From: Limisphaerales bacterium
GTDB taxonomy: Bacteria > Verrucomicrobiota > Verrucomicrobiia > Limisphaerales > UBA11358
Assembly (NCBI GenBank): GCA_003134375.1
Contig: PLAY01000151.1
Location: forward strand, 1-59,113
Length of the DNA: 59,113 bases
Direction: 5' to 3'
The translations under genes were made by a program, and so were the position numbers. Under the pieces are notes generated by a model. It saw only the letters and a list, made by a program, of their open reading frames with translations, searched no databases and was not told where the DNA came from. Numbering within the stretch: position 1 is the first letter of the stretch; each line of letters starts with the position of its first letter. Below, in pieces: positions 27,822 to 38,031 of the stretch.

Positions 27822-29744
27822 TCACCCGCGCCCGGGCGGCGCGGCGAATGAATCATCGGCAAAAATCTGGCGCGGGTTGTTTCCCACATGCGCGGCGATT
27901 TCGGCGAGAAACGCATCGCCAAACTCGCGCAGTTTCTTTTCGCCCACGCCGGTGATGCGCGCAAACTCGCGCTCGCTCGCCGGATAATCGCGGGCCATCT
28001 GCCGCAGTGCCACGTCGGAGAACACAATGTAAGCCGGCACGTTGCGCTCGTCGGCCAGTTGCTTGCGAAGTCTGCGCAGCCGGTCAAACAACACCTCGTC
28101 GCACGCGATTTCGCCCGCGCGATGCGCTTTCGGTTCCTGTGCGGTCACAGGTTTGGTGAGGGTCACCTTCCGGCGTTGCTTGAGCGCGGCCAGCCCGTCG
28201 TTGGTCAACTCCAGCACGCTGAATTTCCCGGACGTTTGCCGTAAATGGCCGAGCCGGATCAACTCGCGACCAATGGCCGCCCATTCCGACCGGCTGTGTT
28301 CACTGCCGATACCGTAGGTCGAGAGTTGCTCGTGATTCCACTTGCGAATCTTCTCCGTGTCCGCGCCGGTCAGGACCTCGATGACGTGGTTCAAACCGAC
28401 GCCAAAACGGGTGTTCTCGCGAATACGATAAACGCAGGAGAGAAACTTTTGCGCGGCAAGCGTACCGTCGAAAGTGGCGCGTGGCGAAAGGCAGTTGTCG
28501 CACGCGCCGCAATTGGGAGCGCCGGCTTCCGGCACGGCATGATGCGATTGTGCGGGTTCGCCGTGCCGGAGGCCGGCGCTCCAATCTTCGCCAAAATACG
28601 CCAGCAGTTCCCGCCTCCGGCAACCGGCACATTCCGCGTAATGCACCATCTTTTGCAATTGTTCGCGAGCAATCTGTTGTTCCTTCGGGTCCGGCTTTTC
28701 ATCAATGAACTGCGTTTGCTTGATTACGTCACCCGCGCTGAAGAGCAGCACGCATTCACCCGGCAGACCATCGCGGCCCGCGCGGCCGGTTTCCTGGTAA
28801 TAACCCTCGATGTTTTTCGGCAGATCGTAATGGATGACGAAGCGGACGTTCGGCTTGTTGATGCCCATGCCGAAGGCAATCGTGGCGCAAATCACGCGCA
28901 CGTCATCGCGCAGAAACAGTTCCTGATGCTCGGAGCGCTCCTTCGGCGTCAGACCGGCGTGATAGGGACGGGCTTTCACGCCGTCTTCGTTCAAACGCCG
29001 TGCCACGCTCTCGGCGGATTTGCGCGACTGGCAATAAACAATGCCGCTTTCTTTCGGCCGCGCGCGGACAAATTCCAATACCTGGTCATACGGTTTGTTT
29101 TTGGCCAGCACGCGGTAGGTGAGGTTCGGACGGTTGAAGCTGGCGACATAACAACGCGGCTCGCGCAGCTCGAGCAGTTTGACGATGTCGGCGCGCACGC
29201 GTTCGGTGGCGGTGGCGGTAAGCGCCATCATCGGCGTTTCGGGAAAAAGCTTCCGCAATTCCGCGAGCTGGCGGTATTCCGGACGGAAATCGTGTCCCCA
29301 TTCGCTGATGCAATGCGCCTCGTCCACGGCCACCAGACGCACGTTCCAACGCTGCAAATCCGAAAGAAAGCCCGACAGCATCAGCCGTTCCGGCGCGACG
29401 TAGAGCAGGCGGAACTCGCCGTTGTGCAGGCCGCGCAGCCGCGCCCGCGATTCGCCTTGGGCGAGCGAGGAGTTGAGAAAGGTCGCCGGAATGCCGCCAG
29501 CCTGCATCCCGTCCACCTGGTCTTTCATCAAGGCAATCAGCGGCGACACCACGACCGTCAGGCCGGGCTGGACCATCGCGGGCAGTTGAAAACAGAGCGA
29601 TTTGCCGCCGCCGGTGGGCAGCAGCGCAAAGACATCCTTTCCGGCCAGCGCATCGCGGATGATTTCCTCCTGCAACGGGCGGAACGAGGTGAAGCCGAAA
29701 TATTGCTTGAGCAGCGGGAGCAGATTGGTTGTTCCAGATTTCAC
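27822..29744 (-). CDS. recQ: ATP-dependent DNA helicase RecQ
   Basis: LPTGGGKS, VDEAHC, QETGRAGRDG, Zn/RQC region and HRDC domain; GTG start at 29744. Confidence 0.97.
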   Translation of the reverse strand: MKSGTTNLLPLLKQYFGFTSFRPLQEEIIRDALAGKDVFALLPTGGGKSLCFQLPAMVQPGLTVVVSPLIALMKDQVDGMQAGGIPATFLNSSLAQGESRARLRGLHNGEFRLLYVAPERLMLSGFLSDLQRWNVRLVAVDEAHCISEWGHDFRPEYRQLAELRKLFPETPMMALTATATERVRADIVKLLELREPRCYVASFNRPNLTYRVLAKNKPYDQVLEFVRARPKESGIVYCQSRKSAESVARRLNEDGVKARPYHAGLTPKERSEHQELFLRDDVRVICATIAFGMGINKPNVRFVIHYDLPKNIEGYYQETGRAGRDGLPGECVLLFSAGDVIKQTQFIDEKPDPKEQQIAREQLQKMVHYAECAGCRRRELLAYFGEDWSAGLRHGEPAQSHHAVPEAGAPNCGACDNCLSPRATFDGTLAAQKFLSCVYRIRENTRFGVGLNHVIEVLTGADTEKIRKWNHEQLSTYGIGSEHSRSEWAAIGRELIRLGHLRQTSGKFSVLELTNDGLAALKQRRKVTLTKPVTAQEPKAHRAGEIACDEVLFDRLRRLRKQLADERNVPAYIVFSDVALRQMARDYPASEREFARITGVGEKKLREFGDAFLAEIAAHVGNNPRQIFADDSFAAPPGRG

Positions 29745-29768
29745 CGCCGTCAAAGTAGGACAATCACG

Positions 29769-30004
29769 TTGGAGTTCAAGCTTCAGCTTGCACCGCTGCC
29801 GGAACGGCATGAATTAACCACGGATGGACACGGATAAACACGGATTTAACCACGAAATACACCAAACACGCAAAACTTCGGAGAGGCGAGTTCCACAAGC
29901 CCCCAACTTTTATTCACCGCAAAGAACGCAGAGATCGCAAAGATGAAAACCCGGTTGTATTCCAAAGAATCCTTTTTCTATGTGTTCTTTGCGTTCTTTG
30001 CGGT
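29769..30004. repeat. Cluster of short intergenic repeats
   Basis: Single TTGGAGTTCAAGCTTCAGCTTG arm at 29769-29790; ACACGGAT-type tandem near 29816-29851; inverted pair ACCGCAAAGAACGCA / TGCGTTCTTTGCGGT at about 29916-30004. Confidence 0.75.
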
Positions 30005-30014
30005 TAAAAAATCT

Positions 30015-31439
30015 TCAATAAACCAGCACCAGCACCGCTGCGTCCTGCGCGGATTTGACAACGTCCTCAAACTTCCGATCAGTCGTAACTGGCTCCTTGA
30101 GTTTGGCAGAAACGGCCGGCACGGATTCTAGGAAGCTCAACAGAAAACTGCTCTTCACCGCGTAATTCACATTCTCTGGCAACGCCCCGGTTGCTGCCAG
30201 CGCCACCGACGCATTCAGCTTGGCCGACACCACGCCCACCACGTTGCCGTGTTCATCCACCAGCGCCCCGCCCGAATTGCCCGGCTGCACCGGCACGCTG
30301 ATCTGGAAATAACGCGGGTCATCTGCCGCACCCGACAGCGACGCGATTTCTCCCCGCGCAAACTTGGGTGCGAACCCTTGCAAACCGGGGTTTGGAAAAC
30401 CAACGGTAGCCACCGTACCGCCCAGTTTCACCGTGCGGCTTACCGTGACAGGCAACGGTGAAAACCGTCCCTCTGTCTTCAGCAAGGCCAAATCATTGGC
30501 CGCGTCGACTCTTATAACTTTTGCTACAATCAACCCCACGCTCGTGACCAGACGAATTTGCGTGGCATCTTTGACCACATGATTATTCGTAATCAAATAA
30601 CCATCATCCGTGATGAAAAATCCCGTGCCGCTGGCGAATGGATTTTCAGGCGAAGTGGAATTGTCAGAACCTGATTTCTTGTGTGGCTTAAACTCTCGAG
30701 CTAGTTTTTGGCCTTCTGCAATTTGCTCCGGCGAGATCATGTTTTCCAAAACGGGCATGAATTTCTTGGCATGCTCAGAATTTTTCGCTGCCGCCAAAAG
30801 TATCCACTTGTAACCTTCCGCGTAATCCTTTGGCACGCCTAGTCCATAGGCGTAAGAAACGCCCAGGTTACATTGAGCGTCGGGAAGATTCTGCTCGGCG
30901 GCTTTGCGGAACAACTTTGCCGCCTCTATTTCATCCTTGGCCACGCCGTTGCCTCTGGCATAACCGTTGCCGAGGCACAATTGAGCCTCTGCAAAATTCT
31001 GCTCGGCAGCTTTGCGATACCACTTCATCGCCTCAACCTCATCTTTTACAACGCCGTTGCCTTTGTCATAGCAGACGCCCATATTATATTGTGCCCAAAG
31101 GTAATTCTGCTCAGCAGCCTTGCGAAACCACTTCACTGCTTCGACAGCATCTTGGGTCACGCCTTCACCCTCAGAATAATTATTGCCAAGAAAAAATTGA
31201 GCCTCTGCAAATCCTTGATCAGCGGCCTTATGAAACCATTTTGCGGCTTCTACATAGTCCTGTGTGACTATTTTGCCACCATAATAAAATTCAGCGAGAG
31301 CACATTGGGCAAATGCTTCTCCTTTTTCAGCCTTGGCTTTTACTTCTTCAAAAAGTTTGAGGTTCGCCTCGCCCTGTTGTGCCGACAACTGTACTACAAT
31401 AGCGAGCAGCAACAGGCAAATCAGGCAGGCTCTTTTCAT
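30015..31439 (-). CDS. Secreted Sel1-like repeat protein with C-terminal trypsin-like serine protease
   Basis: Signal peptide; several W(F/Y)RKAAEQ Sel1 repeats; TNNHVV, DLALL and GNSGG protease motifs. Confidence 0.93.
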   Translation of the reverse strand: MKRACLICLLLLAIVVQLSAQQGEANLKLFEEVKAKAEKGEAFAQCALAEFYYGGKIVTQDYVEAAKWFHKAADQGFAEAQFFLGNNYSEGEGVTQDAVEAVKWFRKAAEQNYLWAQYNMGVCYDKGNGVVKDEVEAMKWYRKAAEQNFAEAQLCLGNGYARGNGVAKDEIEAAKLFRKAAEQNLPDAQCNLGVSYAYGLGVPKDYAEGYKWILLAAAKNSEHAKKFMPVLENMISPEQIAEGQKLAREFKPHKKSGSDNSTSPENPFASGTGFFITDDGYLITNNHVVKDATQIRLVTSVGLIVAKVIRVDAANDLALLKTEGRFSPLPVTVSRTVKLGGTVATVGFPNPGLQGFAPKFARGEIASLSGAADDPRYFQISVPVQPGNSGGALVDEHGNVVGVVSAKLNASVALAATGALPENVNYAVKSSFLLSFLESVPAVSAKLKEPVTTDRKFEDVVKSAQDAAVLVLVY

Positions 31440-31448
31440 GTCGGCATA

Positions 31449-32087
31449 TTAATTAGTTTCAATTGGTTGGCAAGGTTCTGATTGTTCGCGAACAAACTGC
31501 TCTTCAATCAGCTTATTCCAGTTTATGTGCTTTCCAATATTTTCCAGAACAGATTTATCCACATACCGCCTCTTGAATTCCTTTCCCATTTGGACGCGAT
31601 CCAAAAACATTCCAATGTGCTTATATATTTCCACATTTGAGCTGCCATGCGGAATACATTCGCCAAAACCAAAATCATTTCCTTTCGGGTAGAAAACCTT
31701 GCGACGAGTGCGCACGATTTTTTGGGCTGACGTATGCCAATATTCGCCCCGAATCTCTGAAAAGAAGAAATACAAACGGATAAATCCTATAATTTCGTTG
31801 AAAAGCCAGCATCCACCATAATTTTCCCACAAATCGGATTCTGTTTTAGACTTCAACTCTGGATACCGGCGATACGCTTCTTCAGCATACTTGCCGCCAC
31901 ATTGTTTTAGTTCTTTCTGAATAAAATCTTTTTGCTGTGATTCGTATTCCTCTTTCGAGAGGCGATAAACCGGAACATCAAAAAACACTTTTTCCAAACC
32001 GACAAGCGCGGTTGATTTTAAATTATCGCATTCTTTTCTTTTGATCTTCATCTTGAAATTCAAACGCCATTCGTCCCGGTCGTCCAT
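31449..32087 (-). CDS. Hypothetical protein (AT-rich)
   Basis: Long open frame with low GC; the track's longer N-terminus derives from a palindromic repeat. Confidence 0.7.
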   Translation of the reverse strand: MDDRDEWRLNFKMKIKRKECDNLKSTALVGLEKVFFDVPVYRLSKEEYESQQKDFIQKELKQCGGKYAEEAYRRYPELKSKTESDLWENYGGCWLFNEIIGFIRLYFFFSEIRGEYWHTSAQKIVRTRRKVFYPKGNDFGFGECIPHGSSNVEIYKHIGMFLDRVQMGKEFKRRYVDKSVLENIGKHINWNKLIEEQFVREQSEPCQPIETN

Positions 32088-32189
32088 CCCAAACTGATTT
32101 TGGCAGCGGCAGTTTTCTTCGCCCGGCGCGAGGTGCCAGTCCAGCTCTTGCTGCAAATATGGAGACAGGCGGGAAGGGTGACAAGCGCG

Positions 32190-32255
32190 TTGGAGTTCAA
32201 GCTTTAGCTTGTCTGGAGGTGCGGCGGCTGAAGCAAGCTGAAGCTTGAACTCCAA
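32190..32255. repeat. REP-like palindrome (TTGGAGTTCAAGCTT family)
   Basis: 22-bp inverted arms at 32190-32211 and 32234-32255, immediately after the carB stop. Confidence 0.85.
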
Positions 32256-32256
32256 C

Positions 32257-34056
32257 TCAGTGATATTCCTGCAACGTCTGCACGCCGTAACCGCTCTTTT
32301 TTAACGCGGCGATGCCGCGGGCGGCGGCTTTGGCGCCGCTGAGCGTCGTCATGATCGGCGTGTTGGTATAGACGGCGGTGGTGCGGATTTTTACTTCGTC
32401 GGCGCGCGGCGACTCGCCGGCAGGGGTGTTGATGACCAGTTGGATTTCCTTGTTTTTGAGCAGGTCAATCGCGTTCGGCCGGCCTTCGGCGAGCTTGAAA
32501 ATATGCTGCACCTTCAGGCCCGCCTTTTCCAAAACCGCGGCCGTGCCGCCGGTGGACACCAGTTCAAAACCCAGGTCGGCAAACTGTTTCGCCACTGCTG
32601 CCACCTGCTTTTTGTGCGCGTCGCTGACGCTGATGAAAACTTTTCCGTCGAGCGGCAGCGGTGAGCCGGCGGCCATTTGTGATTTCGCGTAGGCGATGCC
32701 GAGGTCGGCGTCGAGGCCCATGACCTCGCCGGTCGAGCGCATTTCCGGCGACAGTAAAATGTCCTGCCCATGAAAACGGTTGAACGGAAACACGGATTCC
32801 TTCACCGCCCAATACTTCGGCCGGATTTCCTTCGTGAAGCCGAGTTCCTTCAAGGTTTTTCCGGCCATGACCTTGGCCGCGAGTTTGGCCAGCGGCACGC
32901 CGATGGCCTTGCTCACAAACGGCACGGTGCGCGAGGCGCGCGGGTTGACTTCGAGCACATAGACCTTTTCACCCTTCACCGCATATTGCACGTTCATCAG
33001 GCCGATGACCTTCAACTCCGTCGCCATCGCGTGCGTGTGGTCGCGAATCGTCTCGATGACTTTTTTGGAAAGCGTGTGCGGGGGCAAAACCATCGCGGCG
33101 TCGCCGGAATGCACGCCGGCAAATTCGATGTGCTCCAGAAATGCGCCAATGACGATGTGGCCGTCATCGGGGTTTTTGAACTGGCCGACGTCGGCGATGC
33201 AATCCACGTCCACTTCGGTCGCGTCTTCCAAAAATTTGTCCACGAGCACCGGACGTTCCGGCGACGCCTCCACCGCAAAACGCATGTAATGCTGAAGCTC
33301 GGCGTCGGAATAAACGATTTGCATCGCGCGTCCGCCCAGGACGAAGGACGGCCGGACGAGGATCGGATAGTCCAGTTTTTTCGCCACCGCGAGCGCCTCG
33401 ATTTCGTTCGTCGCAATGCCGTTGGGCGGCTGCGGAATTTTCAGTTTGTCGAGCATGGCCGCGAAAAGCTTGCGGTCCTCGGCGATCTCGATGCTTTGCG
33501 GCGAGGTGCCAATGATGTTGACGCCATTTTTTTGCAGGCCGAGCGCCAGGTTCAACGGCGTCTGCCCGCCGAACTGCGCAATCGCCCCCCAACAACCTTC
33601 CCGCTCGTAAATGTGCAGCACGTCTTCGAGCGTGAGCGGCTCGAAGAAAAGTTTGTCGCTAGTGTCATAATCGGTGGAAACGGTTTCAGGATTTGAATTG
33701 ACCATGATGGTTTCAAAGCCGTCTTCCTTGAGCGCGAATGCGGCATGGACACAGCAATAATCAAATTCAATCCCCTGGCCGATGCGATTCGGTCCGCCGC
33801 CGAGAATCATCACCTTCTTCGCGGTGTTGCCCTTCACCTCATCATCGCCGCGGTCATAGGTCGAATAATAATACGGCGTGTAAGCCTCGAACTCGGCGGC
33901 ACAGGTGTCCACGAGCCGGTAGCTGGGCACGAGGCCGAGCTTTTTCCGCAACGCGCGGATTTTATCCTCGGTCGAGCTGGTTAAATGCGCGATCTGCCGG
34001 TCCGAGAAACCCAGACCTTTCGCTTTGGCCAGCAATTCAGCGTTGAGTGGCGGCAT
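32257..34056 (-). CDS. carB: Carbamoyl-phosphate synthase large subunit, C-terminal half only (split CarB)
   Basis: Begins at the late oligomerisation domain (GFSDRQIA...VDTCAAEF), then one ATP-grasp (GGPNRIGQG, RPSFVLGG) and the MGS domain; no N-terminal half upstream. Confidence 0.9.
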   Translation of the reverse strand: MPPLNAELLAKAKGLGFSDRQIAHLTSSTEDKIRALRKKLGLVPSYRLVDTCAAEFEAYTPYYYSTYDRGDDEVKGNTAKKVMILGGGPNRIGQGIEFDYCCVHAAFALKEDGFETIMVNSNPETVSTDYDTSDKLFFEPLTLEDVLHIYEREGCWGAIAQFGGQTPLNLALGLQKNGVNIIGTSPQSIEIAEDRKLFAAMLDKLKIPQPPNGIATNEIEALAVAKKLDYPILVRPSFVLGGRAMQIVYSDAELQHYMRFAVEASPERPVLVDKFLEDATEVDVDCIADVGQFKNPDDGHIVIGAFLEHIEFAGVHSGDAAMVLPPHTLSKKVIETIRDHTHAMATELKVIGLMNVQYAVKGEKVYVLEVNPRASRTVPFVSKAIGVPLAKLAAKVMAGKTLKELGFTKEIRPKYWAVKESVFPFNRFHGQDILLSPEMRSTGEVMGLDADLGIAYAKSQMAAGSPLPLDGKVFISVSDAHKKQVAAVAKQFADLGFELVSTGGTAAVLEKAGLKVQHIFKLAEGRPNAIDLLKNKEIQLVINTPAGESPRADEVKIRTTAVYTNTPIMTTLSGAKAAARGIAALKKSGYGVQTLQEYH

Positions 34057-34136
34057 TGGCGCAACAGTAGGCCGGAAAATTTTCCGCGTGTCCAGCGGGG
34101 AGTGTATTCGCCGCCGGATTGGTTTGGCGGGTTCGT

Positions 34137-34207
34137 TTGGAGTTCCGCCTTCAGGCGGCATGGGAAAAGCTTCGAGCCCTCCGGACCGCCTGAAGGCGGA
34201 ACTCCAA
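34137..34207. repeat. REP-like palindrome (TTGGAGTTCCGCCTTCAGGCGG family)
   Basis: 22-bp inverted arms at 34137-34158 and 34186-34207; shares the TTGGAGTTC terminus with the 32190 family. Confidence 0.85.
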
Positions 34208-34253
34208 ACCAAATCCGCTTGCTGGAGGCATGGCTTTGCGTTACGAAATGGCG

Positions 34254-35462
34254 ATGAAACCAATCGGGCGCGCGCTGCTGTGGCTGACGTTATTCACCCC
34301 CGTCTTCGTTTCCGCGCAAATTGACCCGGTCAGGCGCGACCTGATCCAGCTCGGCTACAATCAGGCATTCGAGGGCCACGCGCCGTTCACCGGTTACGCG
34401 TTTTATTATCATAACCAGCCGGATTTTTTGCGCACGAACCTGACGCTGCGGCTGGCGCTCGCACCGGTGTATCTTGATTCCGAATTCGGCTTTGTCCACG
34501 GGCTGGGGCCGAACACGGACTTTGCCATCGGCCTGGCAGGCGGCGGCTTCGCCGACAGTTACAATGAAATACACAGCGGCACCTATTATCCCAGCCAGTC
34601 TTTTGAAGGCAGCGGCGGTGAAATTTCCGCGAGCATTTATCACCTGTTCAACCCCAGCGACCTGATTCCGTTGAATTTGATTCTGCGCGGTACGGCGCAT
34701 TATTCCACCTACGACCGTAGCGACAACACGGCCCTTGGATTCCAACTGCCGGGGGATCGCAGTGACTTCATCGTGCGCACTGGTTTGCGCTGGGGCGGCA
34801 TTGAGCCGACGCTGTTTCCGGCGCTCGCGATGGAACTGTCCGTCTGGTACGAAGGACAGCTTCGCACCGATTCCGGGACGTATGGCATCAACGGCGATCG
34901 CGCAGTTGAAGAGCAATCGCATTTATTTTGGGCGGAAGCCGCGTTGTCCTACACGCTGCCCAAGAGCCAGCAGAATTTTTACGTGCGGCTGACGGCCGGC
35001 ACGAGCGTGGACGCCGACCATTTCAGCGCCTATCGCCTCGGCGGATATTTGCCACTGGTGGCGGAATTCCCGCTGTCGCTGCCCGGGTATTATTTCCAGG
35101 AAATCAGTGCGCGGCAATTTGTGCTGTTCAACGCAAATTATCTTTTACCGCTCGACAAAAGCCAGCGCTGGAATCTCAGCGTGAACGCTTCCAGCGCGTT
35201 TGTGGATTATCTGCCCGGCGAGGAGCAGCCGGGCAACTGGCTTAACGGCGTGGGCGGCGGCATTTTGTATCGCGCGCCGTCCGACCGTTTCAAAATCATG
35301 CTCGACTACGCTTACGGTGTGGATGCCATCCGGTCGCACGGCCGCGGGGCCAACACCATCGGCCTGCTGATGCAATGGGATTTGCGGCCGACGCATGGCG
35401 AAGGTTTCCACCCCGCACATCCTGATCGCTGGCGCGGCTGGCAATGGTTTTTGGGCGACTAA
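34254..35462 (+). CDS. Outer-membrane beta-barrel-like protein
   Basis: Signal peptide, alternating aromatic beta-strand pattern, C-terminal aromatic residues. Confidence 0.75.
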   Translation: MKPIGRALLWLTLFTPVFVSAQIDPVRRDLIQLGYNQAFEGHAPFTGYAFYYHNQPDFLRTNLTLRLALAPVYLDSEFGFVHGLGPNTDFAIGLAGGGFADSYNEIHSGTYYPSQSFEGSGGEISASIYHLFNPSDLIPLNLILRGTAHYSTYDRSDNTALGFQLPGDRSDFIVRTGLRWGGIEPTLFPALAMELSVWYEGQLRTDSGTYGINGDRAVEEQSHLFWAEAALSYTLPKSQQNFYVRLTAGTSVDADHFSAYRLGGYLPLVAEFPLSLPGYYFQEISARQFVLFNANYLLPLDKSQRWNLSVNASSAFVDYLPGEEQPGNWLNGVGGGILYRAPSDRFKIMLDYAYGVDAIRSHGRGANTIGLLMQWDLRPTHGEGFHPAHPDRWRGWQWFLGD

Positions 35463-35562
35463 AAAGAGCGCGCGAAAATTTTTGCGGGTGCCCGAGCCTC
35501 GCACACAGGATTCGATTCAACTTGCGCAAACCGCCGCCGTTTGGTTCATTATGAAGGCGGGT

Positions 35563-35647
35563 GCGCATATGGTGGAATTGGCAGACACGCTACTTTGAGG
35601 TGGTAGTGCCGAAAGGTGTGCAGGTTCAAGTCCTGCTATGCGCACCA
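35563..35647 (+). tRNA. tRNA-Leu (GAG)
   Basis: GCGCATA/TATGCGC acceptor stem, anticodon loop TTGAGGT, long variable arm, GTTCAAGTC T-loop, CCA. Confidence 0.98.
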
Positions 35648-35727
35648 ATTTTCCTCAAGAAATTGAGGTTTCTGGTGTTCCTGACACAGTTCTGACACAA
35701 GAAACGGCTGAATCCGAAAGCGCGAAA

Positions 35728-37068
35728 GTGAAGTTCCCAAAGCGCATCAAACACCGTGGCCGCGTCCTCGCCACCATTTATGGCAAGTCCAAAGGACGCG
35801 ACTCCTACCGCGTGGCGTGGCAAGTGGCCGGACGGCGGCGCATGGCGTCTTTCCCGTCCTACTCGCTCGCTAAACGTCACGCCGACGGCCTGGTGAAGGA
35901 TTTGGCCAAAGGCTCGCAAGTCACCGCCTTGCATCCCGCGCAAGCCCGCGATGCGCTGGCCGCGCTGGAACGTCTCACGGACTTCTATCGCGCCACTGGC
36001 CGCCGCGTCTCGCTTCTGGCCGCCGTGTCGGAATTCGTCGAGGCATCCGGCAAGCTGGGCGGGCGCACAATGGGTGAAGCCGTCGAGGGTTACTTGCGCA
36101 CCGTCGCCAGCGTGAAGCGCGAAGACATCAAGGAAGCCGTCGCGGAATTTTTACTGGCCGATGCACCCCGCACCAAAGCCGCCGATGGCCAACGGGCGCA
36201 ACTATCCGGCAAATACGCCTACAACCGCAAACTGCAACTCAACCGTTTTGCCGACACGTTCCCAAACACCGCCGTCAATGAACTGAGCAAAGAACACCTC
36301 GACAAGTTCATTGAAAAGCTTGGCGAATTGAAATCAAAGTCCCGCAACCGCCGCGCCGCAACTTCTGCCAAAAGCCGCAACCACTACCGCGCCGCCATTC
36401 GGCAATTTCTGCAATGGGCAGTCCGTAAAGATTATCTCGCCCCGACGCATCGCTTGAACGAAGCCGACGCCATGCGCCCCGAACGCGCCAACACCGCCGC
36501 CGTGGAATTTTACACACCGGGCGAATTGGCCGCGCTGCTGGCAGCTTCCAAAGACGACCTGAAACCACTGCGCCCGATCATCGCCATTGGCGGGCTGGCC
36601 GGACTGCGCACCGCCGAATTATTGCGCTTGGATTGGGCGGACGTATGGCGCGTGCGGGGACACATTGAAGTTACGGCGGGCAAAGCCAAGACGCGGCAAC
36701 GCCGCCTTGTGGAAATCTGCCCCGCGCTGGCCGCGTGGCTTGAAGCATTCCGAACGCTGACGACCGGCAAACTCTGGACCGGCCACGAAATCACGTTCCA
36801 ACAGCATTTTGTGGAACTGTGCAAAGACGCGGACGTGACGCGCATAGCCAACGGACTGCGCCACGCATATTGCACCTACCACTTTGCCGCCAACGCCAAC
36901 GAAAACCAGACTGCGCAACAAGCGGGCAACTCGCCCGCGCAGATTCACGCACATTACAAAGGACTGGCCACGAAAGCCGACGCGAAGAAATGGTTCAACG
37001 TGCGGCCAGCGCGCACGGCAACGAATGTAATTTCGCTGTCGGCTGCTTCACGCAATAAAACGCATTGA
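35728..37068 (+). CDS. Tyrosine recombinase/integrase of element 2
   Basis: GLRTAE, NGLRH, GNS and HY catalytic-position motifs. GTG start at 35728 is preferred because synonymous-type conservation with the relic paralogue begins there; the frame stays open back to the ATG at 35638 inside the tRNA. Confidence 0.95.
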   Translation: MKFPKRIKHRGRVLATIYGKSKGRDSYRVAWQVAGRRRMASFPSYSLAKRHADGLVKDLAKGSQVTALHPAQARDALAALERLTDFYRATGRRVSLLAAVSEFVEASGKLGGRTMGEAVEGYLRTVASVKREDIKEAVAEFLLADAPRTKAADGQRAQLSGKYAYNRKLQLNRFADTFPNTAVNELSKEHLDKFIEKLGELKSKSRNRRAATSAKSRNHYRAAIRQFLQWAVRKDYLAPTHRLNEADAMRPERANTAAVEFYTPGELAALLAASKDDLKPLRPIIAIGGLAGLRTAELLRLDWADVWRVRGHIEVTAGKAKTRQRRLVEICPALAAWLEAFRTLTTGKLWTGHEITFQQHFVELCKDADVTRIANGLRHAYCTYHFAANANENQTAQQAGNSPAQIHAHYKGLATKADAKKWFNVRPARTATNVISLSAASRNKTH

Positions 37069-37071
37069 GCC

Positions 37072-38031
37072 ATGAAGAACAATGCGGCAGAAACAATGCG
37101 GCAGCAAACTAAACTCGAACCCCAAGCCGGCCCCAATCCATTGCCTTTGGAGGATTGGGATTTCCACGAAATCGAGCCGTGGGAAATTCGCGCCGCGTTG
37201 CGACATGAATACGCCCGCGAGTGCCGCGAGAAAATGGAGCAACTAGCCCAGTGGATGACGCCAGAATGGTATGCGTTTCGGAAGCAGAGAGCGGCCAGGA
37301 GAATTGCCGCCGTAAAAGCAAATGACAAAGCGGCGTTGCGAAAGTGCTCCGAGGAGATGGTATCGAATACGGCTGATGTATTGGCAATGAAATTGAAAGA
37401 ATCTGATTTCGCCGAACCGCTCATTGACGCGATGATAGCATCTCTCGAATGGGGCATGGACTGGCGACAACCGTGGTTGAAACAGCGAGGCATGATAATC
37501 GAGGACGTAAAACGTTTGGATTCCGCCGTAAAAATTCCGAAGTGCGCGTTTGTCGAAAAATACCCGCCGCACTATTTCGGCTGGACTACCGATATTGCGT
37601 GTCTCGCGGCTCGCACAACTCCACCAAAATCGAATCCTGAGCAACGCCACTGGTGGAATAAGCACGATGCCTCGCGATACGTTTTGCATATTGACTGGTG
37701 TGCGGTAAAACGTGCGAGAAACCCCAAGAACAACCTTGTGAAATCCATCCGCCAGGCATTGCAGATGGAATGGGAGAGCCAGTCGGAAAGGCGAATGGGT
37801 CGGCAAGCCGCCGAACCATTTCACAAACTACGCGCCTTGGCCGCATGGCGATGGGACAATGCGGGCTATTCGCACGATGACGCCCGAAAATTGATTCGCC
37901 AACGTGCCCGTATGTTAGACTTGAAGTTCGGCCCCAAAAAAATTGGCAGTTTCCCTGACTTCTCTGATTCACAGCATTGGCGAAAAGCCATCAGTGAAAC
38001 CGAAAAAGAGCTTCAACTTCTTCGTGGCTGA
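37072..38031 (+). CDS. Hypothetical protein, possible transcriptional activator
   Basis: N-terminal DWDF...EYARE and C-terminal LRALAAWR...GYS helix pattern; sits between int and the excisionase-like gene. Confidence 0.8.
   Translation: MKNNAAETMRQQTKLEPQAGPNPLPLEDWDFHEIEPWEIRAALRHEYARECREKMEQLAQWMTPEWYAFRKQRAARRIAAVKANDKAALRKCSEEMVSNTADVLAMKLKESDFAEPLIDAMIASLEWGMDWRQPWLKQRGMIIEDVKRLDSAVKIPKCAFVEKYPPHYFGWTTDIACLAARTTPPKSNPEQRHWWNKHDASRYVLHIDWCAVKRARNPKNNLVKSIRQALQMEWESQSERRMGRQAAEPFHKLRALAAWRWDNAGYSHDDARKLIRQRARMLDLKFGPKKIGSFPDFSDSQHWRKAISETEKELQLLRG

Noticed and set aside
32088-32255. Long N-terminal extensions in the ORF track (MEFKLQLA..., and the upstream parts of recQ, carB, fba, the esterase and the LysM gene)
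   Set aside because: They run through palindromic repeats, tRNA or promoter DNA; downstream starts fit the protein families better.
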